Below are positions 46,446-55,172 of a stretch of DNA of 64,000 nt, in pieces. The notes beneath the pieces are model-generated. The model was not told the origin of the DNA. It saw only the letters and a list, made by a program, of their open reading frames with translations, and did not search any database. Every line of letters begins with the position of its first letter. Position 1 is the stretch's first letter. The stretch is from the NCBI GenBank assembly GCA_046582565.1, contig JAYGED010000075.1, positions 4,876 through 68,875 of the forward strand, in the 5' to 3' direction. The DNA is from Alphaproteobacteria bacterium (GTDB lineage Bacteria > Pseudomonadota > Alphaproteobacteria > JAAXGF01). The position numbers were made by a program, and so were the translations under genes.

Positions 46446-47982
46446 GGAGAGATTCGCCGGTCATGGCCGCCGGCAGCGCCAGACCCATCAAGGCGAGTAG
46501 GGTCGGCGCCACATCAGCCAGCCGGCCGTCGGCTAGGCCCTTGTCTTCGGTCCCCCGCCCCATGGCGATCAGGGGCACCGGGCTCAAGGTATGGGCCGTG
46601 TGGGGCTGGGCGGTATCATGGTCGTGCATTTTCTCCGCATTGCCATGATCCGCGGTGATCAGCAGCGTCCCACCCGCTTCCGCGACCGCGGCGGCGAGGC
46701 GGGCCAGGCAGCCGTCAATGGTCTCCACGGCTCGGACCGTGGCTTCGAGTTTGCCCGTATGACCGACCATGTCGCAATTGGCGTAATTGACCACCAGCAG
46801 CCCGAAGGCGCCCCGGGACAGGGCTTCGACCAGCCGGTCTGTGACTTCCTCGGCCGACATTTCCGGTTGCAGATCGTAGGTCGCAATCTTCGGCGAAGGA
46901 ACCAGGATGCGCTCCTCGCCGGGGAACAATTCCTCCCGCCCGCCATTGAGGAAAAACGTCACATGGGCATATTTCTCGGTCTCGGCAATACGAAGCTGCG
47001 CCAATCCGGCCTCGGCCACCACCTCGCCGAGAATGCCGCCGAGTTCGATGGGCGGAAACAGGCAGCTAAGGAAACCACTGAGATGGCTGGAATATTCCAC
47101 CATGCCGCAAGCCGCCCCCCAATCAATAAAATCTGTACGCGGAAATTCATCGAAATCCGGATCGACCAGAGCGGCGAGTATTTGGCGCATCCTGTCAGCG
47201 CGAAAATTACTCGCCAGCAGGCCGTCGCCCGACGCTATACCGGCATAATCGCCGATTACCATGGGGGTGATGAATTCATCGGTCTCGCCGCGCTGGTAGG
47301 CCGCATCGATCGCCGCATCGGCATCGCTCGCGGGGGCGCCGCTTGCCGACACCAGATTGTCATAGGCCAGAACAATGCGATCCCAGCGCTTATCGCGGTC
47401 CATGGCGTAATAGCGCCCGGTGACCGTGGCGATGTGAATATTGGTCTCGCCCGCCGTCGCCGCCATGAAACCGTCGAGAAAGCCCTTGGCGCTCGATGGC
47501 GGTACGTCCCGGCCATCGGTGAAAATATGCACCGCCACGGTGACGCCATGGCCGGCGACGATGCGTGCGAGTGCTGCTGTCTGTCGCAGGTGGCTGTGTA
47601 CGCCGCCATCCGAAAGGACGCCCAGGAGATGGCATGTCCCGCCGCTGGCCTTCAGCTTGGCGGCGAATTCCGCCAGGGTGGGATTGCCGGCGAGCGCGCC
47701 ATCGGCGATGGCCGCGTCGATGCGCGGCATGACCTGTTCGACCACCCGGCCGGCCCCGAGATTCATATGGCCGACTTCGGAATTACCCATTTGACCGGCG
47801 GCAAGACCGACCGCGCCGCCCGAGGCGGATAGCAGACTATGGGGGCATGTCGCCATGAAACCATCCCACGCCGGGGTTTGGGCCTGGGCGATAGCGTTGT
47901 TCTCGCTGTCCTCTCGATGGCCCCAGCCGTCGAGGATGCAAAGTACGACCGGGGGCACGACGGGAGGCGGATCGCTTGTCAT
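46420..47982 (-). CDS. gpmI: 2,3-bisphosphoglycerate-independent phosphoglycerate mutase
   Basis: The sequence is ...CILDGWG... with ...NSEVGH... metal-site motifs. The probable start is the Met of MTSDPP, and the track ORF is extended at the N terminus. Confidence 0.88.
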   Translation of the reverse strand: MTSDPPPVVPPVVLCILDGWGHREDSENNAIAQAQTPAWDGFMATCPHSLLSASGGAVGLAAGQMGNSEVGHMNLGAGRVVEQVMPRIDAAIADGALAGNPTLAEFAAKLKASGGTCHLLGVLSDGGVHSHLRQTAALARIVAGHGVTVAVHIFTDGRDVPPSSAKGFLDGFMAATAGETNIHIATVTGRYYAMDRDKRWDRIVLAYDNLVSASGAPASDADAAIDAAYQRGETDEFITPMVIGDYAGIASGDGLLASNFRADRMRQILAALVDPDFDEFPRTDFIDWGAACGMVEYSSHLSGFLSCLFPPIELGGILGEVVAEAGLAQLRIAETEKYAHVTFFLNGGREELFPGEERILVPSPKIATYDLQPEMSAEEVTDRLVEALSRGAFGLLVVNYANCDMVGHTGKLEATVRAVETIDGCLARLAAAVAEAGGTLLITADHGNAEKMHDHDTAQPHTAHTLSPVPLIAMGRGTEDKGLADGRLADVAPTLLALMGLALPAAMTGESLLVARRDPA

Positions 47983-47987
47983 GACGG

Positions 47988-48419
47988 TCAGACTGAGCCG
48001 CCGAGAACCGCGTTCTGCCCATCGTCGGGCAGGGCCATTTCCCACATTTTTTCCAAATTATAGAAAGCGCGAACCTCGGGCCGGAACAGATGCACGATGA
48101 CATCGCCGGCATCGATCAGCACCCAATCGCCTTGGGACAGCCCTTCGACCCCGGGAGATCCGTACTTCGCGGTTTTAATGCCGCGCATGAGCCTCTCGGA
48201 CAGAGCATTGATCTGGCGGCTGGAGCCGCCCGACGCAACCACCATGCAATCGGCCATAGCCGACTTGCCGGCAAGATCGATGACGATGACATCCAGCGCC
48301 TTGCCGTCATCAAGGATGGTCTTGATCAAGGCCAGAAGGCGCGCGGAAGGATCTCTGGTTTTTTTCGCCTTGGGATTGGGCTGGGGCTGGGGCTTCACGG
48401 CCACTGATTTCTTGGCCAC
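47988..48419 (-). CDS. rsfS: Ribosome silencing factor RsfS (Iojap)
   Basis: The Iojap core (...DVIVIDL.G.S...D.MVVASG.S.R...A...) is present with a basic N-terminal extension. Confidence 0.82.
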   Translation of the reverse strand: MAKKSVAVKPQPQPNPKAKKTRDPSARLLALIKTILDDGKALDVIVIDLAGKSAMADCMVVASGGSSRQINALSERLMRGIKTAKYGSPGVEGLSQGDWVLIDAGDVIVHLFRPEVRAFYNLEKMWEMALPDDGQNAVLGGSV

Positions 48420-48533
48420 TGATGTTTTGGATGTTGGCTTTTTAGGCGCGGCCTTGGATTTACCGGTCGCGGCTTTGGTCTTTTTAGGGCTGGGGATGGA
48501 AAGCTCCTCGGTGATGGTGTTGGGCTTTGACTG

Positions 48534-49094
48534 TTACGTCGTTTCGGCTTGGGTCTCTCGGATCTGGGTCGCCGATGTGCTGTTCAATTCGCCTTGGACA
48601 AAAACCCAGGCGGGCGGCGTTTGTCCGGCAAGTTCGTGCGCCCGGCCGGCCTCCAAACGGGACGAGGCAAAGCGCGTCGCCGCCGGACAAGACAGGGCGT
48701 CGTCAGAATAGGTGGGGCGGTCGAAAACGGCAATGGGCAGGGTGGCAAAAATCGTCGTCCAGTCCTTCCATTGTTCCAGTTGCACCAGATTGTCGGCGCC
48801 CATGACCCAGACAAAATCAACAGCGGGATAGCGTTTGATCAGCGCCGCCAGGGTATCGGCAGTATAACGGGTATCCAACTCGCGCTCTATATCGCTGACC
48901 AGGATGCGGCGATCGTCGACCAGCGCCCGGGCGGCATCAAGCCGCGTCTCGAAAGGCGCCATGCCGTGCGCCGGTTTGAGAGGGTTCTGCGGCGATACCA
49001 GCCACCACAGGGCTTCAAGGCCGAGGGTCTCGAGCGCTACCCGGCTGATATGCAGATGTCCCGCGTGAGCTGGATTGAACGATCCGCCGAGCAA
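48534..49094 (-). CDS. nadD: Nicotinate-nucleotide adenylyltransferase
   Basis: The motif GGSFNPAHAGH is present. The real start is probably a few codons upstream at a non-ATG codon. Confidence 0.85.
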   Translation of the reverse strand: MLGGSFNPAHAGHLHISRVALETLGLEALWWLVSPQNPLKPAHGMAPFETRLDAARALVDDRRILVSDIERELDTRYTADTLAALIKRYPAVDFVWVMGADNLVQLEQWKDWTTIFATLPIAVFDRPTYSDDALSCPAATRFASSRLEAGRAHELAGQTPPAWVFVQGELNSTSATQIRETQAETT

Positions 49095-49144
49095 GCCGAC
49101 CCGCTGGCCCGGCCCTTCAACAGACTCAATCGGGCCAGAATTAG

Positions 49145-50434
49145 TCAGGGCCGCACCTGCCCGCTGCCGCGCACCAGATATTTATAGCTGGTCAACTGTT
49201 CGACCCCGACCGGGCCGCGGGCGTGCAGCTTGCCCGTAGAGATGCCGATTTCAGCGCCCATGCCGAACTCGGCGCCGTCGGCGTACTGGGTCGAGGCGTT
49301 GTGCAGCAGAATGCCGCTGTCGACGCCCGCAAAAAACGCATTCGCCGCCGCCTCGTCTTCCGTGACGATGGTCTCCGTGTGGTGCGAGCCATAGCGGGAG
49401 ATATGGTCGACGGCGTCATCCAGGCCGTCGACCAGCTTGGCCGACAGGATGGCGTCGAGATATTCGGCAGGCCAGTCGTCGTCATTCGCCGGGGTCACCC
49501 GGGAGTCGGCCGCCTGGACGCCCGCATCGCCGCGTACGGCGCAACCGGCATCGAACAGGGCGGCGAGAATATCGGGCAGCAGGTGCTTCGCCGCGCGGTC
49601 GACGAGCAGGGTTTCGGTGGCCCCGCAAATGGCGGTTCTGCGCATCTTGCCGTTGAGCACGATATCGCGCGCCATGGCCGCATCGGCGGCGGCATGGACG
49701 TAGGTATGGCAGACGCCTTCGAGATGCTTGAACATGGGAATGCGGCTCTCGGCGCTGATCCGCTCAATCAGGTTGCGCCCGCCGCGCGGAATGATGACAT
49801 CGATGACATCGTCCATGGCAAGCATTTCGCCGACCGCCGCCCGGTCGCGGGTCGGCACCAGCTGGATGCAACCGGCGGGCAGGCCGGCCTCTTCGAGACC
49901 GCGCGCGAGACAGGCAGCGATGGCGCGTGACGACAGGAAGCTTTCGGAACCGCCTCGCAGGATGACCGGATTGCCCGACTTGAGGCACAGGCTTCCGGCG
50001 TCCGCTGTCACGTTGGGGCGCGACTCATAGATCACGCCGATGACTCCAAGAGGCACCCGCACGCGGCTGATGCGCAAGCCGTTGGGGCGCTCCCATTCGG
50101 CCATGATCGCGCCGATCGGGTCATCGAGCTTGGCAATATCCTCCAAGCCCTTGGCCATGGCCTCGATACGGGTTTCATCAAGCAATAATCTGTCGATCAT
50201 GGAAGCGCGCAGGCCCGCCGACCTGGCCTGGGCGACATCCTTCTCATTGGCGGCAAGGATCCCTGCGCGATCATCGCGGATCGCCGCCGCCATCGCCTGA
50301 AGCGCCGCGTTCTTGGTTTCGGTTGAAGCAACGGCCAGGGTCTTGGCCGCAGCGCGGGCGCGCCGGCCGATCTCGGCCATGGTGGTTTCCGGGCCGGTCT
50401 CTTCTGAGTCGATGGAATGAGGCATGGACATCAC
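49145..50434 (-). CDS. proA: Gamma-glutamyl phosphate reductase
   Basis: The protein is a 429-aa aldehyde-dehydrogenase-like ProA. Confidence 0.93.
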   Translation of the reverse strand: MMSMPHSIDSEETGPETTMAEIGRRARAAAKTLAVASTETKNAALQAMAAAIRDDRAGILAANEKDVAQARSAGLRASMIDRLLLDETRIEAMAKGLEDIAKLDDPIGAIMAEWERPNGLRISRVRVPLGVIGVIYESRPNVTADAGSLCLKSGNPVILRGGSESFLSSRAIAACLARGLEEAGLPAGCIQLVPTRDRAAVGEMLAMDDVIDVIIPRGGRNLIERISAESRIPMFKHLEGVCHTYVHAAADAAMARDIVLNGKMRRTAICGATETLLVDRAAKHLLPDILAALFDAGCAVRGDAGVQAADSRVTPANDDDWPAEYLDAILSAKLVDGLDDAVDHISRYGSHHTETIVTEDEAAANAFFAGVDSGILLHNASTQYADGAEFGMGAEIGISTGKLHARGPVGVEQLTSYKYLVRGSGQVRP

Positions 50435-51549
50435 AGCATCGCCAAATCGTCTCGGTGGATTATTTCCTCGCGCCCACGGTAGCCGAGAAGGCGCTCAATT
50501 TCACGGCTTTTATGGCCCGCTATACGGCGCGCATCATCCGCCGAATAGGCGCAAAGACCCCGCGCCACCTCGACTCCCTCGGGGTCGCGTACGCTGATCG
50601 GGTCGCCGCGCCCGAAGTTGCCTTCGACGACGACCACCCCGGCTGGCAGCAGGCTCTTCCCATTGTTCAGAGCGCCCAGGGCGCCGGCGTCGATGACCAA
50701 GCAGCCGGCGGGCTTGAGGCTGGCCGCGATCCATTGCTTGCGCTGGGTCTTCGGGTTCGAGCCAGCGATAAACCAGGTGCAGCGCGCACCCTCGATCACC
50801 GCTTCCAGGGGATTCAGGCCCGTGCCGTCGACGATCACCATATGGCAGCCCGACGCCATGGCGATCTTCGCCGCCGCCAGCTTGGTCACCATGCCGCCCG
50901 AACCGCTGTCGGGGTTGGGCGGACCGGCCATGGCCTCGATTTCGCCAGTGACCTGGTGAACCTCGGGAATGAAGTTGGCAGACTTATTGCGCCTCGGATC
51001 GGCGTCATAGAGCCCGTCCACATCCGACAGCAGCACCAATAGATCGGCGCTGGTCATCTGGGAGACGCGGGCGGCCAGCCGGTCGTTGTCGCCGAAGCGA
51101 ATTTCGGCAGTCGCCACGGTGTCGTTCTCGTTGATCACCGGCACGGATTTCATACGAAGCAGGGTGTTGACCGTGCTGCGCGCGTTTATATAGCGGCGCC
51201 GGTCCTCGGTGTCGCCGAGGGTGACCAACACCTGCGCCGCCGACAGATCATGACGGGCGAGGGATTCCTGATAGGCATGGGCCAGCCTGATCTGGCCGCA
51301 GGCGGCGGCGGCCTGGCTCTCTTCGAGCTTGAGCGTGCGGCCCGCAGCACAGCCCAGCACCCGGCGGCCAAGCGCGATGGCGCCCGAGGAGACCAGCACG
51401 ACCTCCTGGCCGCGCTTGCACATGGCGGCCACATCGTCGCACAGGGCGTTGAGCCAGGCACGGTGCAGGGTTCCCCGCTCTGCATCGACCAACAGGGCCG
51501 AGCCGATCTTGATGACAACGCGCTTGGCAGCACTCATATGCGCCTTCAT
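50431..51549 (-). CDS. proB: Glutamate 5-kinase
   Basis: The sequence begins [20 protein letters not shown]... and includes a C-terminal PUA domain. The ATG overlaps the obg TGA stop (ATGA), and the track ORF is extended at the N terminus. Confidence 0.9.
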   Translation of the reverse strand: MKAHMSAAKRVVIKIGSALLVDAERGTLHRAWLNALCDDVAAMCKRGQEVVLVSSGAIALGRRVLGCAAGRTLKLEESQAAAACGQIRLAHAYQESLARHDLSAAQVLVTLGDTEDRRRYINARSTVNTLLRMKSVPVINENDTVATAEIRFGDNDRLAARVSQMTSADLLVLLSDVDGLYDADPRRNKSANFIPEVHQVTGEIEAMAGPPNPDSGSGGMVTKLAAAKIAMASGCHMVIVDGTGLNPLEAVIEGARCTWFIAGSNPKTQRKQWIAASLKPAGCLVIDAGALGALNNGKSLLPAGVVVVEGNFGRGDPISVRDPEGVEVARGLCAYSADDARRIAGHKSREIERLLGYRGREEIIHRDDLAML

Positions 51550-52553
51550 GACGCGACCTCGATGGCCGGCAAGGCGACCTTCGCAAACAGGGCGCGGAGC
51601 ACCGTCTCGACGCCGGAACCGGCGACCCCGGACAAGGGATAGACTTCGACCCCAGCCGCATCGGCGAGGCGACTGCACTGATCCGCGATGGCGGCATCGC
51701 TCAAGGCGTCGCATTTGTTGAGCCCGACAATGGCCGCTTTATCGACCAGGCCGCCGCCGTAGGCATCAAGCTCATGAAGTACTGTTTGGTAATCGCCAAC
51801 GATATCCTCGGCGGTGCCATCGACCAGATGGAGCAGCGCCTTGCAGCGCTCCACATGGCCAAGGAAGCGATCGCCGAGGCCGACCCCGTCATGGGCGCCC
51901 TCGATCAGCCCTGGAATATCGGCGATCACCATATCCTTGTCGTCGAGGACGACCACGCCGAGTTGGGGCACCAGGGTAGTGAAGGGATAGTCGGCGATCT
52001 TGGGCCGGGCGCGGGAGACCGCGGCGAGAAAGGTCGATTTTCCCGCATTGGGCAGGCCGACCAGGCCGACATCGGCAATCAACCTGAGCCGCAGGCTGAT
52101 ATTGCGCTCCTCACAGGGTACGCCATCATCGGCGCGGCGCGGCGCACGGTCGGTCGAGGTCTTGAAATGCTGGTTGCCATAGCCGCCGCCGCCGCCCACG
52201 GCGAGCACCACCTGCTCGCCAGGCTCGACGAGATCGGCAAGCAGGATATCGCCGGCTTCATCGAAAATCTGAGTGCCCGCCGGAAGCTGCAACTCGATGT
52301 TCTCGCCCATCGCTCCGGTGCGGTTGCGCCCCGAACCGGGACGGCCGTTCTTAGCCTTGAAATGCCGTTTGTAGCGAAAGTCGACCAGGGTGTTGAGAGC
52401 CGGCACGCAAACCGCCACCACATCGCCGCCGCGGCCGCCGTCGCCACCGTCGGGACCGCCGTATTCGACGTTTTTTTCACGCCGAAAGCTGACACAGCCG
52501 GCGCCGCCATCGCCGCTGCGGATATAGACATGGGCTTCGTCAAAAAATTTCAT
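51546..52553 (-). CDS. obgE: GTPase ObgE/CgtA
   Basis: The sequence begins MKFFDEAH.Y...G.GG.G..SFRREK, and the G-domain carries GLPNAGKST. Confidence 0.95.
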   Translation of the reverse strand: MKFFDEAHVYIRSGDGGAGCVSFRREKNVEYGGPDGGDGGRGGDVVAVCVPALNTLVDFRYKRHFKAKNGRPGSGRNRTGAMGENIELQLPAGTQIFDEAGDILLADLVEPGEQVVLAVGGGGGYGNQHFKTSTDRAPRRADDGVPCEERNISLRLRLIADVGLVGLPNAGKSTFLAAVSRARPKIADYPFTTLVPQLGVVVLDDKDMVIADIPGLIEGAHDGVGLGDRFLGHVERCKALLHLVDGTAEDIVGDYQTVLHELDAYGGGLVDKAAIVGLNKCDALSDAAIADQCSRLADAAGVEVYPLSGVAGSGVETVLRALFAKVALPAIEVAS

Positions 52554-52562
52554 GGCCGCCTT

Positions 52563-52620
52563 GGTCTTAGGACAAAGAAAAAGGGGAATGGGGTCTTAGG
52601 ACAAAGAAAAAGGGGAATGG
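52563..52620. repeat. Perfect 29-bp tandem direct repeat x2 (ggtcttaggacaaagaaaaaggggaatgg)
   Basis: The repeat lies between obg and rpmA, and its second copy runs into the rpmA terminator hairpin. Confidence 0.85.
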
Positions 52621-52633
52621 AAAACCATTCCCC
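52598..52633 (-). terminator. Rho-independent terminator downstream of rpmA (minus strand)
   Basis: On the minus strand the sequence reads ggggaatggttttccattcccc followed by ttttttctttg. Confidence 0.65.
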
Positions 52634-52671
52634 CGACAACCGGGCCCCAATTAGGGAAACTGCCGGGGTTT

Positions 52672-52938
52672 CTAACTCGACGGAACCGGCGGCTCCACGG
52701 AGACATACGGGCGGTCGTCCTTGCGGCGGCTGAACTTGACGTTGCCGTCGGTGAGCGCGAACAGGGTGTGGTCGCGGCCCACGCCGACGCCGGCCCCGGC
52801 ATTGATCTTCGTGCCGCGCTGACGAACCAGGATGTTGCCGGCGAGAACCTTCTCGCCGCCGTATTTCTTGACGCCTAATCTGCGGCCCGCTGAGTCGCGT
52901 CCGTTGCGGGAACTGCCGCCTGCCTTTTTATGTGCCAT
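52672..52938 (-). CDS. rpmA: 50S ribosomal protein L27
   Basis: The N terminus is [22 protein letters not shown]. Confidence 0.95.
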   Translation of the reverse strand: MAHKKAGGSSRNGRDSAGRRLGVKKYGGEKVLAGNILVRQRGTKINAGAGVGVGRDHTLFALTDGNVKFSRRKDDRPYVSVEPPVPSS

Positions 52939-53459
52939 CAGGAAGTCTCCTCGGAACTCTGTTTCTTCGCGGCCGGCTTTTTCGCCTTGGCCGGTGCCTT
53001 CTTGGCAGCGGCGGCCTTTGTCTTGGGTGCTGCCTTGACCTCGGCCTCGGCCTTTTTCTTGGGTGCTGCCTTGGCCTTGGGCTCGGCTTTGGCCTTGGGC
53101 TCGGCTTTGGCCTTGGGCTCGGCTTTGGCCTTGGCGGGTTTCTCGCCGGCGGTCAGCAAATCGGTGACCCGCAGGACGGTGATGTCCTGGCGATGACCAT
53201 GGGTGCGGCGGTATTTCTTGCGCCGTTTCTTCTTGAAGACGAGGATTTTATCGGCGCGGGTCTGCTCCAGCACCTTGGCCACGACCTTAGCGCCAGCGAC
53301 CAGGGGGTCGCCCACAGCGGCGTCGGCGCCTTCGCCGATCATGAGAACCTCGTTGAGCTCAATAGACGCGCCCGCCTCGCCCGAGAGTTTCTCGACCGTA
53401 ATAACGTCGTCTTTGGCAACCTTATACTGCTTCCCGCCGGTGCGGATAATTGCGTACAT
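52938..53459 (-). CDS. rplU: 50S ribosomal protein L21 with a Lys/Ala-rich C-terminal extension
   Basis: The sequence begins [14 protein letters not shown]..., and the C-terminal region carries KAKAEP repeats encoded by an 18-nt DNA tandem repeat at about 53040-53140. Confidence 0.9.
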   Translation of the reverse strand: MYAIIRTGGKQYKVAKDDVITVEKLSGEAGASIELNEVLMIGEGADAAVGDPLVAGAKVVAKVLEQTRADKILVFKKKRRKKYRRTHGHRQDITVLRVTDLLTAGEKPAKAKAEPKAKAEPKAKAEPKAKAAPKKKAEAEVKAAPKTKAAAAKKAPAKAKKPAAKKQSSEETS

Positions 53460-53688
53460 GAGTATTTCCTGAGCGGCGCAGCCGAGGCGCAGCGCTGGGC
53501 TGAATAAGCGTTGATGGATGAGGCGCGCACTATACCCGCGAGACGCCTCCTGTCAACGGATTAAGGCGGCAGGCGCCAAGGTTTTCTACGGCAATGGCCG
53601 GGTTGCGGGCCGAGGGTCAATTCGCTACTCTCCGCGCCACGCCGGAAGGGGGCGGCCTGAGCGCCGCGCCGCGACGGGATCGGGACTT

Positions 53689-53778
53689 GGTTGGGTGCTA
53701 GAGTGGTTGAATAGGCTGGTCTCGAAAACCAGTGTGGGTGCAAGCCCACCGTGGGTTCGAATCCCACCCCAACCGCCA
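53689..53778 (+). tRNA. tRNA-Ser (anticodon CGA)
   Basis: I folded this by hand. The acceptor stem is GGTTGGG/CCCAACC, the D-stem CTA/TAG, and the anticodon stem CTGGT/ACCAG with loop CTCGAAA. It has a long variable arm, T-stem GTGGG-TTCGAAT-CCCAC, a discriminator G and a 3' CCA. The total length is 90 nt. Confidence 0.8.
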
Positions 53779-53895
53779 CCCTATGCCTTCGGCTTCGGGT
53801 GGCAGGCCACCCTTGTGGACTGACATTCGAAGACGTTTAGGCGTAGGAGTGTCTCCCGAAGCTCTGTTAGGAGCGTAGGGAGACTGGTACGGCCA

Positions 53896-54075
53896 ATGTG
53901 GTACGTCTATTTTCTTCATTTGAACAATGACGACGTATACGTCGGATCAACGAATGATCTCAAGTGAAGAGTCGAATCGCATCGTCAGGGTCACGTGGTT
54001 TCGATTAAAGCTCACTTACCGGTCACGTTGAAATCGTATGTAGCCGTATTGACCGAGCAGAATGCTCAAACTTGA
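53896..54075 (+). pseudogene. Decayed GIY-YIG nuclease family gene (UPF0213/YhbQ-like) with an in-frame TGA, also C-terminally truncated
   Basis: The translation is MWYVYFLHLNNDDVYVGSTNDLK*RVESHRQGHVVSIKAHLPVTLKSYVAVLTEQNAQT*. It matches the GIY...YVG.T.DL.RR...H motif, and the stop replaces the conserved Arg (CGA to TGA). Confidence 0.5.
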
Positions 54076-54264
54076 GCGATATTTTAAATCCGGCGTCGGC
54101 CTGATCGCAATTCAACAATTTGCGGAAGAAAAACTGGCGCGGGCGTTGAGCAGCTCGAAAGCGGAACAGTTCCACGCTTCGATAGCGGTGCGGCGAATGA
54201 ATTAGCCGAACAGCTGAGCAAATTATAAGTAAGCTGTCTTCTGACTTACAGAGAGATGCAATTC

Positions 54265-54405
54265 ATGACCATACGGTCGGCTATCGATATCGGCGGCACA
54301 TATACCGACCTGCTGTTGGATCGGGGCGGGCTTTGCCGTGTATGCCCCACGAAGGCATACGGATACGCTACAACTAATCAGCACGACATCGAATGGGGAC
54401 GTTAG
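54265..54405 (+). pseudogene. Duplicated 5' fragment of the hydantoinase gene (MTIRSAIDIGGTYTDLLLDRGG...), about 85% identical at the nucleotide level to the start of the gene at 57395
   Basis: Nucleotides 54265-54330 read atgaccatacggtcggctatcgatatcggcggcacatataccgacctgctgttggatcgg, and nucleotides 57395-57460 read atgaccatacggctggctatcgatatcggcggtacttttaccgacctggtgttggatcgg. Reading frame decays after about 22 codons, and the TAG lies 1 nt before the cupin ATG. Confidence 0.55.
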
Positions 54406-54406
54406 A

Positions 54407-54787
54407 ATGACCGATAAGGTGATCACGCGGTTGCTGCCTGACGGAGCGCTGGACGGCGGCATGAAGCCGATGGGCTACATAGACCCCGACACCGTCGTTG
54501 ACGGGGTCGAATTCGACGAACGGGGGCATCTGTTCTTCACTAACGCAGCTGGCAATGTAAACGCCGGCGTGTGGCAGTGTTCGCCCTGCACGGAACAGAT
54601 CAGCGATTATCCCTATGATCAAGTTTGCTTCGTTCTCGAGGGTTCGATTACCATCACGGATAAAAGCGGCCATGCTGAGATGTTCGGGCCGGGCGATTCC
54701 TTCTCCATCCCCCGCGGCTTCAATGGTCTTTGGCAGATGACCGAGCGCTACAAGAATTATTTCGTAACCGTGGAACCGGAGCCTTGA
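54407..54787 (+). CDS. Cupin-domain protein (cupin_3/DUF861-like)
   Basis: Started at the ATG at 54407, the protein is MTDKVITRLLPDG...GVWQCSP...FVLEGSITITD...FGPGDSFSIPRGF.G.W. This start gives about 126 aa and is in frame with the track ORF 54338..54787. Confidence 0.62.
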   Translation: MTDKVITRLLPDGALDGGMKPMGYIDPDTVVDGVEFDERGHLFFTNAAGNVNAGVWQCSPCTEQISDYPYDQVCFVLEGSITITDKSGHAEMFGPGDSFSIPRGFNGLWQMTERYKNYFVTVEPEP

Positions 54788-54846
54788 TAGCCTGATGCCG
54801 GGTGATGAGCCTATCGTCATTGCGCCAAAGAATAAGGACTTAGCAG

Positions 54847-55146
54847 ATGTATGAGATCGACCCGTCGCGAACCGACCTGGCCGAGGAATTCAAGAAAAAT
54901 CCCGGCGGCCCTTATAGCCCCGAACTCACGCTGGTGGTCAACCGGCTGCGCCTGGGGCCGATGGAGGAGCGCACCATCATGGTCTGCACCAAGCGCGGGC
55001 GCGAATGGACCCTGGCGAAAATGCCGACGGTTCGTGGCGCCAAGCTGGAATACTACGAGGACCTCGTGTTCGACGACTACTATGACGCCGCCAGGGAAAT
55101 TTTCCGCATGCGCTGGCATACGGTGACCGGCCAAGAGCTGGCATAA
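54847..55146 (+). CDS. Hypothetical 99-aa protein, possibly the small-subunit partner of the downstream amidase-like protein
   Basis: The ORF lies 26 nt upstream of the 736-aa gene, in an operon-like arrangement. I recognise no family for it. Confidence 0.45.
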   Translation: MYEIDPSRTDLAEEFKKNPGGPYSPELTLVVNRLRLGPMEERTIMVCTKRGREWTLAKMPTVRGAKLEYYEDLVFDDYYDAAREIFRMRWHTVTGQELA

Positions 55147-55172
55147 AAATATTTATCCGAAGGAACGAATCG

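Noticed and set aside
53040-53140. 18-nt tandem repeat (ggccttgggctcggcttt) x3-4
   Set aside because: It encodes the KAKAEP repeats of the C-terminal extension of ribosomal protein L21. Such extensions are common in alphaproteobacteria, so the repeat is coding and not a separate element.
53698-53919. 73-aa minus-strand ORF overlapping the tRNA-Ser gene
   Set aside because: It lies antisense to a well-folding tRNA and shows no protein signal, so it is a spurious ORF.
54058-54225. 55-codon ORF (MLKLERYFKSGVGLIAIQQFAEEKLARAL...) in the AT-rich stretch after the GIY-YIG remnant
   Set aside because: It is below the size threshold, has no family signal, and lies out of frame relative to the GIY-YIG remnant. 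It may be a further gene remnant, but the evidence is insufficient.
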